Below, piece after piece: positions 34,639-44,345 of a stretch of 64,000 nt of DNA (within the stretch, counting starts at the first letter, position 1; every line of letters starts with the position of its first letter). The notes under the pieces are model-generated. The model had not been told where the DNA came from. It did no database searches and was given only the letters and a program-made list of their open reading frames with translations. This DNA is from Terriglobia bacterium (GTDB lineage Bacteria > Acidobacteriota > Polarisedimenticolia > Polarisedimenticolales > JAIQFR01): positions 608,001-672,000 of the forward strand of contig CAVVHE010000008.1 of assembly GCA_963748015.1 (NCBI GenBank). Reading direction: 5' to 3'. The translations under genes and the position numbers were made by a program.

Positions 34639-36164
34639 GGCCGGCGGGCCCGGCGACGCTCGGGAGACCCCGGAGGAAAGACGGGCCAGGCGCCCAGCTC
34701 GCCGCTGCCGGCGACGGGGTGGGTGCGCTTGCCGGAGTGGTTTCGGCCATTCGAGCCGCCCTCCTCGTGCTGGGCCTCCTGCAGGCGAGCTGTTCGGCCG
34801 GCGGGGACAGCGCCTCCCCGGCGCCCGCGGGCTCCTCGCTCGTGCTCGAGGACGTGACCGTCGTGGACGGAGAGAGCGCCCTCCCCCGTCCCGGCATGTC
34901 CGTCGTCATCACGGATGGAACGATTGCGCAGGTCGCACCCGCCGGCGCCGTCGCGATCCAGCGAGGGTGGCGGGTGCAGCGGTTGCCCGGACGCTTCATC
35001 CTCCCCGGCCTGGTCGACACGCACGCGCACGTGACCTTCCTGCGCGATCCGGATCGCTTCGCCGGCTACGACCGGGCGACGTCGGAAAGGATCCTCAAGA
35101 TCCTCCTCGCTCACGGGATCACCCTGGTTCTGAACCCGGCGGCACCCGAGTCGGACGCGGTCGAGCTGCGCGATGCCATCGCGGCCGGGCGCGTTCTCGG
35201 CCCGCGGATGCTCACCGCGGGGCGGCCGATCGACCGGGGGGCCGATTGCGACGCGGACGAGGTTCGAGCCGAGGTGGAGCGGCAGGTCGGGACCGGCGTC
35301 GATTACGTCAAGGTTTACGCGAGAATGCCGCCGCACCTGATCCGCGCCGCCACCGAGGTGGCCCACGCCCACGGCGTGCGCGTCGTCGGCCATCTCGACG
35401 CGGCCTCGCCCGAGCAGGCGGTGGAGGCGGGAATCGACGCGATCACGCACGGCTCGTCCTGGACACCCGGACTCCTGCCTCCCGAGCGGCAGGAGCCCTA
35501 CCTGAATCGGCGCCGCGAGGTCGGCGCCATCCGCGCGAGGATCGACTGGCTCGCGTGGGTGAACCTGGATGGCGCCGAGATCCGGGGCTCCATCCAGGCC
35601 GTCGCCAGGACGCGCACGCCCCTCACCCCGACGCTCATCGCGTACGTCACCAAGTTCAGGGGCCGCGATCCGCGGTACCGGAACGGCCCGTACCTGCGGG
35701 TCGCGCCGCGGGAGGTTCTCGACACCTGGAAAGGCGCTCTCGGCTCCTGGACCGACGAGGACTTCGAGCGGGGCGCCGCCGTGTGGCCGCGAGTGCTGGA
35801 GCTGGTGAAGCGGTACTACGACGCGGGCGCCCTGCTGGCGACCGGATCGGACTTTCCGAATCCCTTCGTGGTGCCGGGCGCCGGCCTGCACGACGAGATG
35901 GAGCTGCTGGTTCAGGCCGGCATTCCGCCCGCGGAGGTGATCCGGATCGCGACCCGAAACGGGGCGGAGGCCCTGGGACGTCTCGCGGAAACCGGAACCG
36001 TGGCGGTCGGAAAGCGCGCCGATCTCGTCGTGCTCGATGCCGATCCCACGGCCGACATCGCCAGCATTCGCAGCATCGAGAAGGTCTTTCTCGGCGGGAA
36101 GGAGTATTCGCCCCGCGAGCTACTCCGGGAGGCGGGTGTCGATGCCGCAGCCGGCTCGCGTTGA
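34635..36164 (+). CDS. Amidohydrolase family protein (start uncertain)
   Basis: PGLVDTHAH, VVGH, ITHG, TGSD, GKRADLVVLD. Confidence 0.87.
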   Translation: MRPAGPATLGRPRRKDGPGAQLAAAGDGVGALAGVVSAIRAALLVLGLLQASCSAGGDSASPAPAGSSLVLEDVTVVDGESALPRPGMSVVITDGTIAQVAPAGAVAIQRGWRVQRLPGRFILPGLVDTHAHVTFLRDPDRFAGYDRATSERILKILLAHGITLVLNPAAPESDAVELRDAIAAGRVLGPRMLTAGRPIDRGADCDADEVRAEVERQVGTGVDYVKVYARMPPHLIRAATEVAHAHGVRVVGHLDAASPEQAVEAGIDAITHGSSWTPGLLPPERQEPYLNRRREVGAIRARIDWLAWVNLDGAEIRGSIQAVARTRTPLTPTLIAYVTKFRGRDPRYRNGPYLRVAPREVLDTWKGALGSWTDEDFERGAAVWPRVLELVKRYYDAGALLATGSDFPNPFVVPGAGLHDEMELLVQAGIPPAEVIRIATRNGAEALGRLAETGTVAVGKRADLVVLDADPTADIASIRSIEKVFLGGKEYSPRELLREAGVDAAAGSR

Positions 36165-36214
36165 TCGTCGAGGCTCTTCGACCGTGGCGAGACCGTCACC
36201 TTCGGAACGCCGTG

Positions 36215-36616
36215 ATGCTTGAAACCGCTGCTCGCGTTCTCGGCCTCTGCCTCGCTCTTGCCTGCGCGGAGATGATCCACGGGATCGCCCGGGTGCGTTT
36301 CCTGCTCCCGCGAGTGGGTAAGCGCCGGGCCCAGCGGGTGAGCATCGTCACCGGGTCTTTGCTCGCGTTCGTCGTGTGCGGCCTCATCGTCCCGACGCTC
36401 GGCCTGTCGGGGCCCGGCCCCCTGCTCGCGCTCGGGTTCTTTCTCTCGGCGTTCATGGCGTCGTTCGACGTCGCCGTGGGACGAATCTTGATGAAACGCC
36501 GGTGGGCGGCCGTCGCCGAGGACTTCGATCCGCGCAAGGGCAACTACCTGGTCTTCGGTCTGGCCTTCCTCGTGTTGATTCCCTACGCCGTCATGGCCAT
36601 CGCGGGGCGGTCGTAG
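36215..36616 (+). CDS. Hypothetical membrane protein
   Basis: AEMIHGIAR; four hydrophobic helices. Confidence 0.7.
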   Translation: MLETAARVLGLCLALACAEMIHGIARVRFLLPRVGKRRAQRVSIVTGSLLAFVVCGLIVPTLGLSGPGPLLALGFFLSAFMASFDVAVGRILMKRRWAAVAEDFDPRKGNYLVFGLAFLVLIPYAVMAIAGRS

Positions 36617-36628
36617 GCGAGGTGCGTC

Positions 36629-37111
36629 ATGGGCAAAGTGGAAGAACGGCTCTCGGCTCTCGGACTGGCGCTCCCGGCTCCTCTCGAGGCGCCGCCGGGC
36701 GTGGTGCTCCCGTTCCGGTTCGTCAGGGTCACCGGCACGCGGGCGTTCATCTCCGGTCACGGCCCCACCCGCGCCGACGGGACGCTCGCGGCCCCGCTGG
36801 GCAAGCTCGGGCGCGAGCTCACCGTGGAGCAAGGCTACGCGGCGGCGCGCCTCACCGCACTGGCCATCCTGGGCAGCCTGAAGCGCGCCCTCGGCGACCT
36901 CGATCGCATCGCCGCCTGGAACCGGGTCTTCGGCATGGTCAACTCCGCGCCAGGCTTCAACAGGCAGCCGAGCGTCATCAACGGGTTCTCCGATCTCGTC
37001 CTCGAGCTGTTCGGCCCCGAGATCGGCGCTCACTCGCGCAGCGCCGTCGGCATGGCCGAGCTTCCGTTCGATATTCCGGTCGAGATCGAGGGCGAGGTCG
37101 AGCTCCGGTAG
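36629..37111 (+). CDS. RidA/YjgF family protein
   Basis: ISGHGP..GMVNSAPGF..VINGFSDL..HSRSAVGMAELP..VEIE. Confidence 0.88.
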   Translation: MGKVEERLSALGLALPAPLEAPPGVVLPFRFVRVTGTRAFISGHGPTRADGTLAAPLGKLGRELTVEQGYAAARLTALAILGSLKRALGDLDRIAAWNRVFGMVNSAPGFNRQPSVINGFSDLVLELFGPEIGAHSRSAVGMAELPFDIPVEIEGEVELR

Positions 37112-37147
37112 TAGCTCACGCGCGAGCGCCTCAGGAGGGCGAGAACC

Positions 37148-37534
37148 ATGGCGATACGGGTCGTCCGGCTCGGCACCCCGAGGGCTTCCGGCGAAGGCCT
37201 GCGCCTCGGCACGGTGCGGCGCCCGCCGCGGGGGGTGCCCAAGGCCGAGTACGCTTCGCGCGACATCTACGACCTCTGGCTGCCCGAGCTGGCGCCGTCC
37301 GAGGAGCTGGTCAAGCTCGCGCTGGGCACTCGCGACGAGCGGGCATGGCGGCGATTCGTCCAGCGCTACCGGGCCGAGATGAGGCGTCCTCCCGCCGCGC
37401 GGCTCCTGGATCTCCTCGCGGCGATGTCGCAGCGCGCGGACTTCTCCGTGGGCTGCTACTGCGCGGACGAGACCCGGTGCCACCGCTCGGTCCTGAAGGC
37501 GCTTCTCGAGGAGCACGGCGCGCGGTTCGCTTGA
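37148..37534 (+). CDS. DUF488 family protein
   Basis: RRPPRGVPK..WLPELAPS..YRAEM..CYCADETRCHR. Confidence 0.85.
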   Translation: MAIRVVRLGTPRASGEGLRLGTVRRPPRGVPKAEYASRDIYDLWLPELAPSEELVKLALGTRDERAWRRFVQRYRAEMRRPPAARLLDLLAAMSQRADFSVGCYCADETRCHRSVLKALLEEHGARFA

Positions 37535-37580
37535 CGCAGGTCGCCGCGGCGAATCCTGCGTGCTCGACCGCGAGGGCCGG

Positions 37581-38237
37581 ATGAGCGACGATGGTTTCGT
37601 GGAGGTCCGTCCCCGAGATCTCGAGCGCCCTTACGGACCACGGGTGCGCCCGGCCGCGACGATCCCGCTCGCCCTGACCGCCCTTCGCGCGCTCCTGGCG
37701 CCGGTGGTGGTCGGCTTGTCGCTGTGGCGGCCGTCCGGGCTCGGGTTCGGGATCTGCCTGGCGCTGGCGTTCCTTTCGGACGTGTTCGACGGGATCGTCG
37801 CTCGCCGTCTCGACGTGGCGACGACGACCCTGCGGCGGCTCGACAGCATCGTGGACACCGTCTTCTACCTGGCGGTGCTCTTCGCGGCCTGGCATCTGCA
37901 CCCGGCGGCGATTCTCCGGAGCCTGGCTCCGCTGGCCGTTCTCGGCGGGCTCGAGATCGCGCGCTACTGCCTGGACCTCGCCAAGTTCAAGCGAGAGGCC
38001 AGCTACCACATGTGGTCGTCGAAGATCTGGGGGATACTGCTGTTCGCGGGGTTCTTCTCGCTGCTGGCGCTCGGCCGGGACGGGTTGCCCGTGGATCTGG
38101 CGATCTATGCCGGCATCCTCGCCGACGTCGAGGGGCTCGCGATTTCCATCGTTCTGCGGGAGTGGACGACCGACGTTCCCACTGTCCTTCACGCCATTCG
38201 AATTCGCGGACGGCAGCAAGCCGGATCCGTCGTCTGA
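37581..38237 (+). CDS. CDP-alcohol phosphatidyltransferase family protein
   Basis: SDVFDGIVARR..LDSIVD. Confidence 0.83.
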   Translation: MSDDGFVEVRPRDLERPYGPRVRPAATIPLALTALRALLAPVVVGLSLWRPSGLGFGICLALAFLSDVFDGIVARRLDVATTTLRRLDSIVDTVFYLAVLFAAWHLHPAAILRSLAPLAVLGGLEIARYCLDLAKFKREASYHMWSSKIWGILLFAGFFSLLALGRDGLPVDLAIYAGILADVEGLAISIVLREWTTDVPTVLHAIRIRGRQQAGSVV

Positions 38238-38279
38238 GCCGAACCGGGTCGTGCGACCGGCCGTCCGGCGCGGGGAGGG

Positions 38280-38485
38280 GATCGGGATGCACCTGTTTCG
38301 GCGGCCGCCCGGATCCGAGGTTCTTCGGGAGACTGGGCTACGTCGCATTGGCTCGGGACGAAGCCCCGGAGAGCATCCGGGGGACTTCGGAATTCTCCGG
38401 CATCTGCCCGGCGAGCTCCGTGTTCATGGTCAAGGACCTGACTGCCGTAGCCCGGAGACCGCCGGTCGGGCGACGAGACACTTGA
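38280..38485 (+). pseudogene. C-terminal remnant of an ArsN2-like GNAT acetyltransferase
   Basis: FFGRLGY..RDEAPESIRGTSEFSGICPASSVFM without N-terminus. Confidence 0.6.
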
Positions 38486-38498
38486 GCGAGGAGACATC

Positions 38499-39182
38499 GT
38501 GGACCCCTACGTGACCGCCGAGAACATCGGATTCAAGACGCAGGCGTGGCTGGAGCGAATCCGCCCCTTCAACCAGCACGCGATGCGCCTCAACGCGGCG
38601 GCGAGCGCGCTGCTGGTCGTGGACATGCAGCAGTTCTTCCTCGACGCTTCGTCGCCGACGTTCGCGTGCGGCGGCGTGGCGATCCTCCCCACGGTGAAGC
38701 GCCTCCTGGACGCCTTCCGCGGCGCGGGCCGCCCCGTGATCTTCACCAAGCACGTTCACCATCCCGCCGACCTCGACAGCGGGATCATGGGGTGGTGGTG
38801 GCAGGGGAAGTGCATCGAGGGCAGTCCCGAGAGCGAGATCCACCCGAGCCTGGCCCCGCTGCCGGGGGAGAAGGTCGTCCTGAAGCACCGGTACTCCGCT
38901 TTCTACAACACGGATCTCGAAACCGTGCTGCGCTGCCTGAAGGTGGAGGACGTCGTGGTGACGGGGACCATGACCAACATGTGCTGCGAGTCCACGGCGC
39001 GGGACGCGTACTACCGCGACCACAGGGTCTTCTTCCCCGCGGACGGCACCGGCTCGATCAGCGAGGAGATGCACGTCGCGAGCCTCCTGAACCTCGCGTT
39101 CGGCTTCGCGTACGTGACGACCGGGGACGACATCGCGGCGCAGCTGGCCGGAGGATCGCCCCGCGGCGGGAGCCGGCCTTGA
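38499..39182 (+). CDS. Isochorismatase / cysteine hydrolase
   Basis: ALLVVDMQ, KHRYSAF, TNMCCESTARDA. Confidence 0.9.
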   Translation: MDPYVTAENIGFKTQAWLERIRPFNQHAMRLNAAASALLVVDMQQFFLDASSPTFACGGVAILPTVKRLLDAFRGAGRPVIFTKHVHHPADLDSGIMGWWWQGKCIEGSPESEIHPSLAPLPGEKVVLKHRYSAFYNTDLETVLRCLKVEDVVVTGTMTNMCCESTARDAYYRDHRVFFPADGTGSISEEMHVASLLNLAFGFAYVTTGDDIAAQLAGGSPRGGSRP

Positions 39183-40120
39183 GGAAGCTCCTCCTGCTTG
39201 CCGGCATCCTCGTCGCGGGGGTTTGCCTGTTCTTCTTCGGTAGCGCCTTCTTCCTCGCGCAGCGAGCCGACTACGGCTGGAGCCCGGGGGTCGCACGGCC
39301 TTCCTTCGCGGGCGAGCACCCGCGCGTACTCTTCGACGAGGGGCACGACAACGCTTCTACCGCCGGCTTCAGCGGGCGCTACTGGCCTTTTGCGAGGCTG
39401 CTTCGTGCGGACGGCTACCGCGTCGAGCGCGGGAGGGGAGCATTCACCGCCGCAAGCCTCGAAGGTGTCCGCGTGCTCGTCGTCGCGAATGCGACCGGCG
39501 CGCCGAAACCGCAGATGTTCGGCATCAATCTCCCGGTGCCCACGGACAAGCAGCGGAGCGATCCCGCATTCGCGCCCGAGGAGGTCGAGGCGGTGCACGC
39601 ATGGGTCGAGCGAGGCGGCGCCCTGCTTCTCATCGCCGACCACGCTCCGTTCGGAGAGGCCGCGGCCGCGCTCGCCGAGGCGTTCGGCGTGAACATGCAC
39701 AAGGGGTTCGTCGAGGTTCCGGGCGAGGTGTCGGACCCGCTTCTCTTCTCGGTCGAGAACGGGCGGCTGGGGCGGCACCCCATCCTCCAGGGCGGCGGTC
39801 CCGGCGACACCGTCTCGCGGGTGACGACCTACACCGGACAGTCGCTCGACGGCCCGCAAGGCGCCACGGTGCTGCTGCGACTGCCGTCGACGGCCGTGGA
39901 AGCGGTACCCGTCGGCGACGGCGGACTCGTCGAGCGAGCAGCCGGCGGCGCCCAGGGGGTAGCGTTCGACGTGGGCCAGGGCCGGGTCGTCGTCCTGGGG
40001 GAGGGTGGCATGGTCACCGCACAGGTGAGCCGCCGGGTGCCTTACGGCATCAACGCGCCCGGCAACGACAACCGGCGGTTCGTCCTGAACGTCATGCGCT
40101 GGCTGTGCGGAAAGCTCTGA
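39179..40120 (+). CDS. Exported DUF4350/GATase-like protein
   Basis: VLFDEGHDN, WVERGGALLLIADH, GRVVVLGE, NRRFVLNVMRWL. Confidence 0.75.
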   Translation: MRKLLLLAGILVAGVCLFFFGSAFFLAQRADYGWSPGVARPSFAGEHPRVLFDEGHDNASTAGFSGRYWPFARLLRADGYRVERGRGAFTAASLEGVRVLVVANATGAPKPQMFGINLPVPTDKQRSDPAFAPEEVEAVHAWVERGGALLLIADHAPFGEAAAALAEAFGVNMHKGFVEVPGEVSDPLLFSVENGRLGRHPILQGGGPGDTVSRVTTYTGQSLDGPQGATVLLRLPSTAVEAVPVGDGGLVERAAGGAQGVAFDVGQGRVVVLGEGGMVTAQVSRRVPYGINAPGNDNRRFVLNVMRWLCGKL

Positions 40121-40123
40121 GCC

Positions 40124-40492
40124 ATGAACCTCGCGGAAGAGCACCGGCGGCAATTCGCCTGGAGGTCGTGGCCGGAAATTCCCGAGGCGTTGCCCGGCTC
40201 GAGCCGACCACCGTTCGGAGGCGAAGGTGTACGGTTGTCTCGGCACGAGGAGGGAAGGCGAATGACGAGAAGAGCCAGGTGGGGTCCCGTGGCCGTCACG
40301 GCGATCGTTCTGGGTGCGGCCTGCAGCTGGGCCGCGGAAACGCCGCGCCCCCGCCACCTCATCTACCTGCAAGGGCGGATCGTGCAGGAGCCGCAGAGCG
40401 CCCGGCCGAAACACCCGCGCACGGCTACGACGAGCTGGACAAGATCCTCGGCACGTTTCGAGACAAGGGCTTCGTGGTCAGCATGGCAATAG
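40124..40492 (+). pseudogene. Juxtaposed N-terminal gene fragments (methyltransferase-like and alpha/beta-hydrolase-like)
   Basis: MNLAEEHRRQFAWRSW...; signal peptide plus HLIYLQGRIVQE with frameshift. Confidence 0.4.
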
Positions 40493-40544
40493 CAACTGAC
40501 GCCGGACGCGTCCGGGGGGCCGGTTCGGGCGCCGGGAGTCGTGA

Positions 40545-41291
40545 ATGAAGTTCCTTCCGCTGTTCATCGCGTACGCTGTCGTGCTGATGCTGGCACTCGC
40601 GCGGGCGGGTCACCGTTCGCGGCGGGCGCCTTCGGGCGCCGCACCGCGGCCTCGTCCCACGCGGCTGCTCGTCGTCGGGGCGACGGGCGGCACGGGCCGC
40701 CACCTGGTTGCGCAAGCCCTGGAGCGCGGGTACGCGGTGACGGCCCTCGTACGAGATCCGACGAGGCTCGTCTCCGATCATCCGCGACTCACGGTCGTCA
40801 AGGGTGACGTCCTCGACGCCGGTTCCATCGACGAGGCGATGCGCGGCCAGGAAGCCGTTCTGTGCGCGCTCGGCCACAGGCGGTACTTCGGTCCGAACCG
40901 CATTCTGTCGGAAGGGACGCGGAACATCCTGCATTCGATGGAGGCGCACGGTGTCGGGCGGTTCGTGTGCGAGACCTCCCTCGGCATAGGCGACAGCGCG
41001 GGGCGCATGGGCTTGTACTACACGCTCCTCGTCCTTCCGCTGATCCTGCCGTTCTATTTCTGGGACAAGACGCGCCAGGAGCGGATCATCGCGGATGGCA
41101 ACGTGGAGTGGGTGATCGTCCGACCCGGCGCCTTGACCGACGGCGACAGGCGAGGGCGCTGCCGCCACGGTCATCGCATCGGAAGCTTCCTGTGGACGGT
41201 GCGCATCTCCCGCGCGGACGTGGCGGACTTCATGCTGAACCAGCTGGAATCCGACACGTACCTGGGAACCGCCCCGGGCGTGTGCTGGTAG
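40545..41291 (+). CDS. NAD(P)-binding SDR / flavin reductase-like protein
   Basis: VVGATGGTG, WVIVRPGAL, ISRADVA. Confidence 0.87.
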   Translation: MKFLPLFIAYAVVLMLALARAGHRSRRAPSGAAPRPRPTRLLVVGATGGTGRHLVAQALERGYAVTALVRDPTRLVSDHPRLTVVKGDVLDAGSIDEAMRGQEAVLCALGHRRYFGPNRILSEGTRNILHSMEAHGVGRFVCETSLGIGDSAGRMGLYYTLLVLPLILPFYFWDKTRQERIIADGNVEWVIVRPGALTDGDRRGRCRHGHRIGSFLWTVRISRADVADFMLNQLESDTYLGTAPGVCW

Positions 41292-41326
41292 GCCCGCCCG
41301 ACGGCAACGGCCCTCCGGGTCGCGGC

Positions 41327-42754
41327 CTACTTCTTCTGGGCTCCCCGCAGCGCCTGATCGAGGTCGGCGATCACGTCGTCGGGGTGCTCGGCGCCGACGC
41401 AGAGGCGGATCATGTTCGGCGGGATGCCGGCGAGCTTGCGCCCCTCCTCGCCCTGCTGCTGGTGGGTCGAGATCGCCGGGATGGTCGCGACGCTCTTGAT
41501 CCGGCCGAGGTCGGTGGCGCGCCAGATCCGCTGGAGGCCGTCGAAGACCTTCCGCGTCGTATCGACACCCCCCTTGACGCAGAAGGACATCAGGTGGCCG
41601 TAGCGGTTCACCGGCTTCCCGTAAAGCTCGTCGTGCTCGGCGTCCACGAGCCACATGTACCGGCTCGCCAGCGCGTGCAGCGGGTGGTCCGGCAGGCCGA
41701 GGTACTCGACGCTCTCCACGAGCGGGTGCTTCTCGAGGTACCGGGCGACCGCCATCGTGCTGCGGCTCATCAGGTCGACCTTCGAGCGCAGCGTCCGCAT
41801 GTCGTTGAGGGCCATGATCGCCTGCATCGGGTGCAGGTTCGGGCCGTAGTCCCGGTTCGGGAGGTACTTGATGTAGAGGGAGAAGTCGTTCTTGAGGTCC
41901 TGGTTCGGGATGTTCGCGACGATCCCCTTGCGGGCGATCACCGCGCCGCAGATCCCGAAGCCGCTCGTCGAGAGGGTCTTCGTGACGGACTGGACCACGA
42001 TGTCGGCCCCGTGGCAGATCGGGCGCAGGAGCGCCGGCGTCGCGACGGTGCTGTCCACGATCAGCGGCAGGTTGTGAGAGTGGGCGAGGTCGGCGACGGC
42101 CTTGATGTCGAAGAAACCCTGCTGCGGATTGCTCGGCAGCTCGCCGTATAGGAACCGGGTGTTCTCGTCGATCTTCGACGCCCACTCGTCGAGGTCCGTC
42201 GGGTCGTGGATCCAGCGGCACTCGATGTCGCGCTCCTGCTGGAGCCGCACGTTGAACTGCTGGAACGTACCGCCGTAGCACTGCGCGGTCGCGAGGAAGT
42301 TGCGCCGCTCGTTGGTGTTGTGGCGGATGTGCATCAGGAACGGCTGCACCGCGGTCATGATCGCGGCCATCCCCGACGAGGTGGAGCAGCACGACGTCTC
42401 GCCGTCGAAGCCGTACCCCTCGAGGAGGGCGAGCGTCCACTCGTAGTAGTAGGTGGAGGGGTTCGCGATGCGCGAGTAGCACCAGGTCGGGATCATGTAC
42501 GCCAGCGCCGCGGCCATCTCGTCGGAGTCGCGGTAGGCCTGCGACGAGCTCATGAAGATCGGCTCGATGATCGCGCCCTGGTAGTCCTCGATCGCGTCCT
42601 CGACCGAGTAGAGCCCGTGGACCGCGATGGTGTCGAACTTCCACTTCTTGACGACGTCGCGGATGTACTCGGACCGCCTGGCCAGGTACGCGTTGCTCTT
42701 CTCGATGTAACGGCGCATTCCGGGAGTGATGAGGGTGTCTTCGCCGACCGCCAT
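41327..42754 (-). CDS. Cys/Met metabolism PLP-dependent enzyme (O-acylhomoserine sulfhydrylase / cystathionine gamma-synthase family)
   Basis: YSRIANP, SSGMAA, YGGT, VDSTVATP, SVTK, IRLCVGAEHPDD. Confidence 0.88.
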   Translation of the reverse strand: MAVGEDTLITPGMRRYIEKSNAYLARRSEYIRDVVKKWKFDTIAVHGLYSVEDAIEDYQGAIIEPIFMSSSQAYRDSDEMAAALAYMIPTWCYSRIANPSTYYYEWTLALLEGYGFDGETSCCSTSSGMAAIMTAVQPFLMHIRHNTNERRNFLATAQCYGGTFQQFNVRLQQERDIECRWIHDPTDLDEWASKIDENTRFLYGELPSNPQQGFFDIKAVADLAHSHNLPLIVDSTVATPALLRPICHGADIVVQSVTKTLSTSGFGICGAVIARKGIVANIPNQDLKNDFSLYIKYLPNRDYGPNLHPMQAIMALNDMRTLRSKVDLMSRSTMAVARYLEKHPLVESVEYLGLPDHPLHALASRYMWLVDAEHDELYGKPVNRYGHLMSFCVKGGVDTTRKVFDGLQRIWRATDLGRIKSVATIPAISTHQQQGEEGRKLAGIPPNMIRLCVGAEHPDDVIADLDQALRGAQKK

Positions 42755-42926
42755 GATCGACCTCCTGCGAGGGTGGGAACGCCGAACCGCTTGGGGGGCA
42801 AGATACACCATCCGGAGAAGCTCGCACAACGCAAGAGCGCGCGGACCGATCGTCCGTGCGGGTCCGAAACGGAGTCAAATTGGCCGGAATGTTCGTGTAC
42901 TATGATGGGTCCCCCGGGAGCCCATC

Positions 42927-44303
42927 ATGACCAGCCAACCCATTCTCTTCTACAGCACGAACCGGCAGGCCCCCCGCGCGACGCTCCGCCAGGCGCTGCT
43001 GCTAGGGCAGGCGCCCGACCGCGGTCTCTACATGCCGGACGTCTACCCGATGCTCCTGCCCGAGGAGATCGCGGCGCAGAAGGGGCGGACCTACCCCGAG
43101 ATCGCGCACTTCGTCCTCCGGCGCTTCACCCAGGGGGTGATTCCGGATGACCGCCTCGCGGCAATCTGCGAGGACGCCTACGACTACGACGTCCCCCTCG
43201 AGCAGGTCGAGGGGCGCCGGTACCTGATGCGGCTCGACCGCGGTCCCACCGCCTCGTTCAAGGACTTCGCCGCCCGCATGATGGCTCGCTGGATCGGCGT
43301 CTTCATGGAAGAGGACCGGTCCGAGCTGGTGATCCTGACCGCCACGTCCGGCGACACCGGGAGTGCCGTGGCCCACGCTTTCCACGGCGTCGACCGGGTG
43401 CGCGTCGTGGTGCTGTTCCCGATCGCCGAGGTGAGCAACCGGCAGCGCAAGCAGATGACGACGCTCGGCGGGAACGTGACCACGATCGGGGTGGACGGGA
43501 AGTTCGACGACTGTCAGGCGATCGTCAAGCGCGCGTTCGCGGACCCCGACCTCGCGGGGATCCCTCTCAGCTCGGCGAACTCGATCAACATCGGCAGGCT
43601 CCTCCCGCAGGCCGTGTACTACCTGTACGCGTACTCCCGCCTCGCACGGGCGACGGAGATGGAGCCGGTCGTCTTCTCCGTCCCCTCGGGCAATTTCGGC
43701 GACATGATGGGCGCCGTGATCGCGGCCCGCCTCGGCGTGCCGATGTCCCGGCTCGTGATCGCGACGAACTCGAACGACGAGGTGCCGAAGTTCGTGGCCT
43801 CGGGCGTCTACGAGAAGATCGTGCCCAGCCGCGTCTGCATCTCGAACGCGATGAACGTCGGGCACCCGTCCAACCTCGCGCGACTCGTGGACGCGTACGG
43901 CGGCCGGATGGACGAGACCGGCAAGCTCCTCGAGCCTCCGGACATGGCGCGGCTGCGGCGGGACGTGTACGCGGTGAGCATCTCGGAGGACGAGACGCGC
44001 GCGACGATTCGCGACGCGTGGAGCCGCCACCGGGCCCTTCTCGAGCCGCACGGCGCCGTGGGGTGGGCGGGGCTGAATCGGTATCTCGCCGAGCTGCCCA
44101 AGGGGTCGGACCCGCTCGCCATCTCCGTGGAGACCGCGCACCCGGCGAAGTTCCCCGAAGAGATCCAGTCGCTCCTCGGCGTCGATCCCGACCTTCCCCC
44201 CAGCCTGAGAGGAATCGAGGAGCGACCCGAGAGCTACGAGCGCATGACCACGGACTACGAGCCGTTCAAGCGCCTTGTCAAGGAGCGCTTCGCGACGGCG
44301 TAG
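42927..44303 (+). CDS. thrC: Threonine synthase
   Basis: GPTASFKDF, ATSGDTG, ANSINIGR, VPSGNFG, TAHPAKF. Confidence 0.95.
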   Translation: MTSQPILFYSTNRQAPRATLRQALLLGQAPDRGLYMPDVYPMLLPEEIAAQKGRTYPEIAHFVLRRFTQGVIPDDRLAAICEDAYDYDVPLEQVEGRRYLMRLDRGPTASFKDFAARMMARWIGVFMEEDRSELVILTATSGDTGSAVAHAFHGVDRVRVVVLFPIAEVSNRQRKQMTTLGGNVTTIGVDGKFDDCQAIVKRAFADPDLAGIPLSSANSINIGRLLPQAVYYLYAYSRLARATEMEPVVFSVPSGNFGDMMGAVIAARLGVPMSRLVIATNSNDEVPKFVASGVYEKIVPSRVCISNAMNVGHPSNLARLVDAYGGRMDETGKLLEPPDMARLRRDVYAVSISEDETRATIRDAWSRHRALLEPHGAVGWAGLNRYLAELPKGSDPLAISVETAHPAKFPEEIQSLLGVDPDLPPSLRGIEERPESYERMTTDYEPFKRLVKERFATA

Positions 44304-44345
44304 CTCCCGGCGTTCCGGCGCCCGACCCGACGGAGGTTCGTCTTC

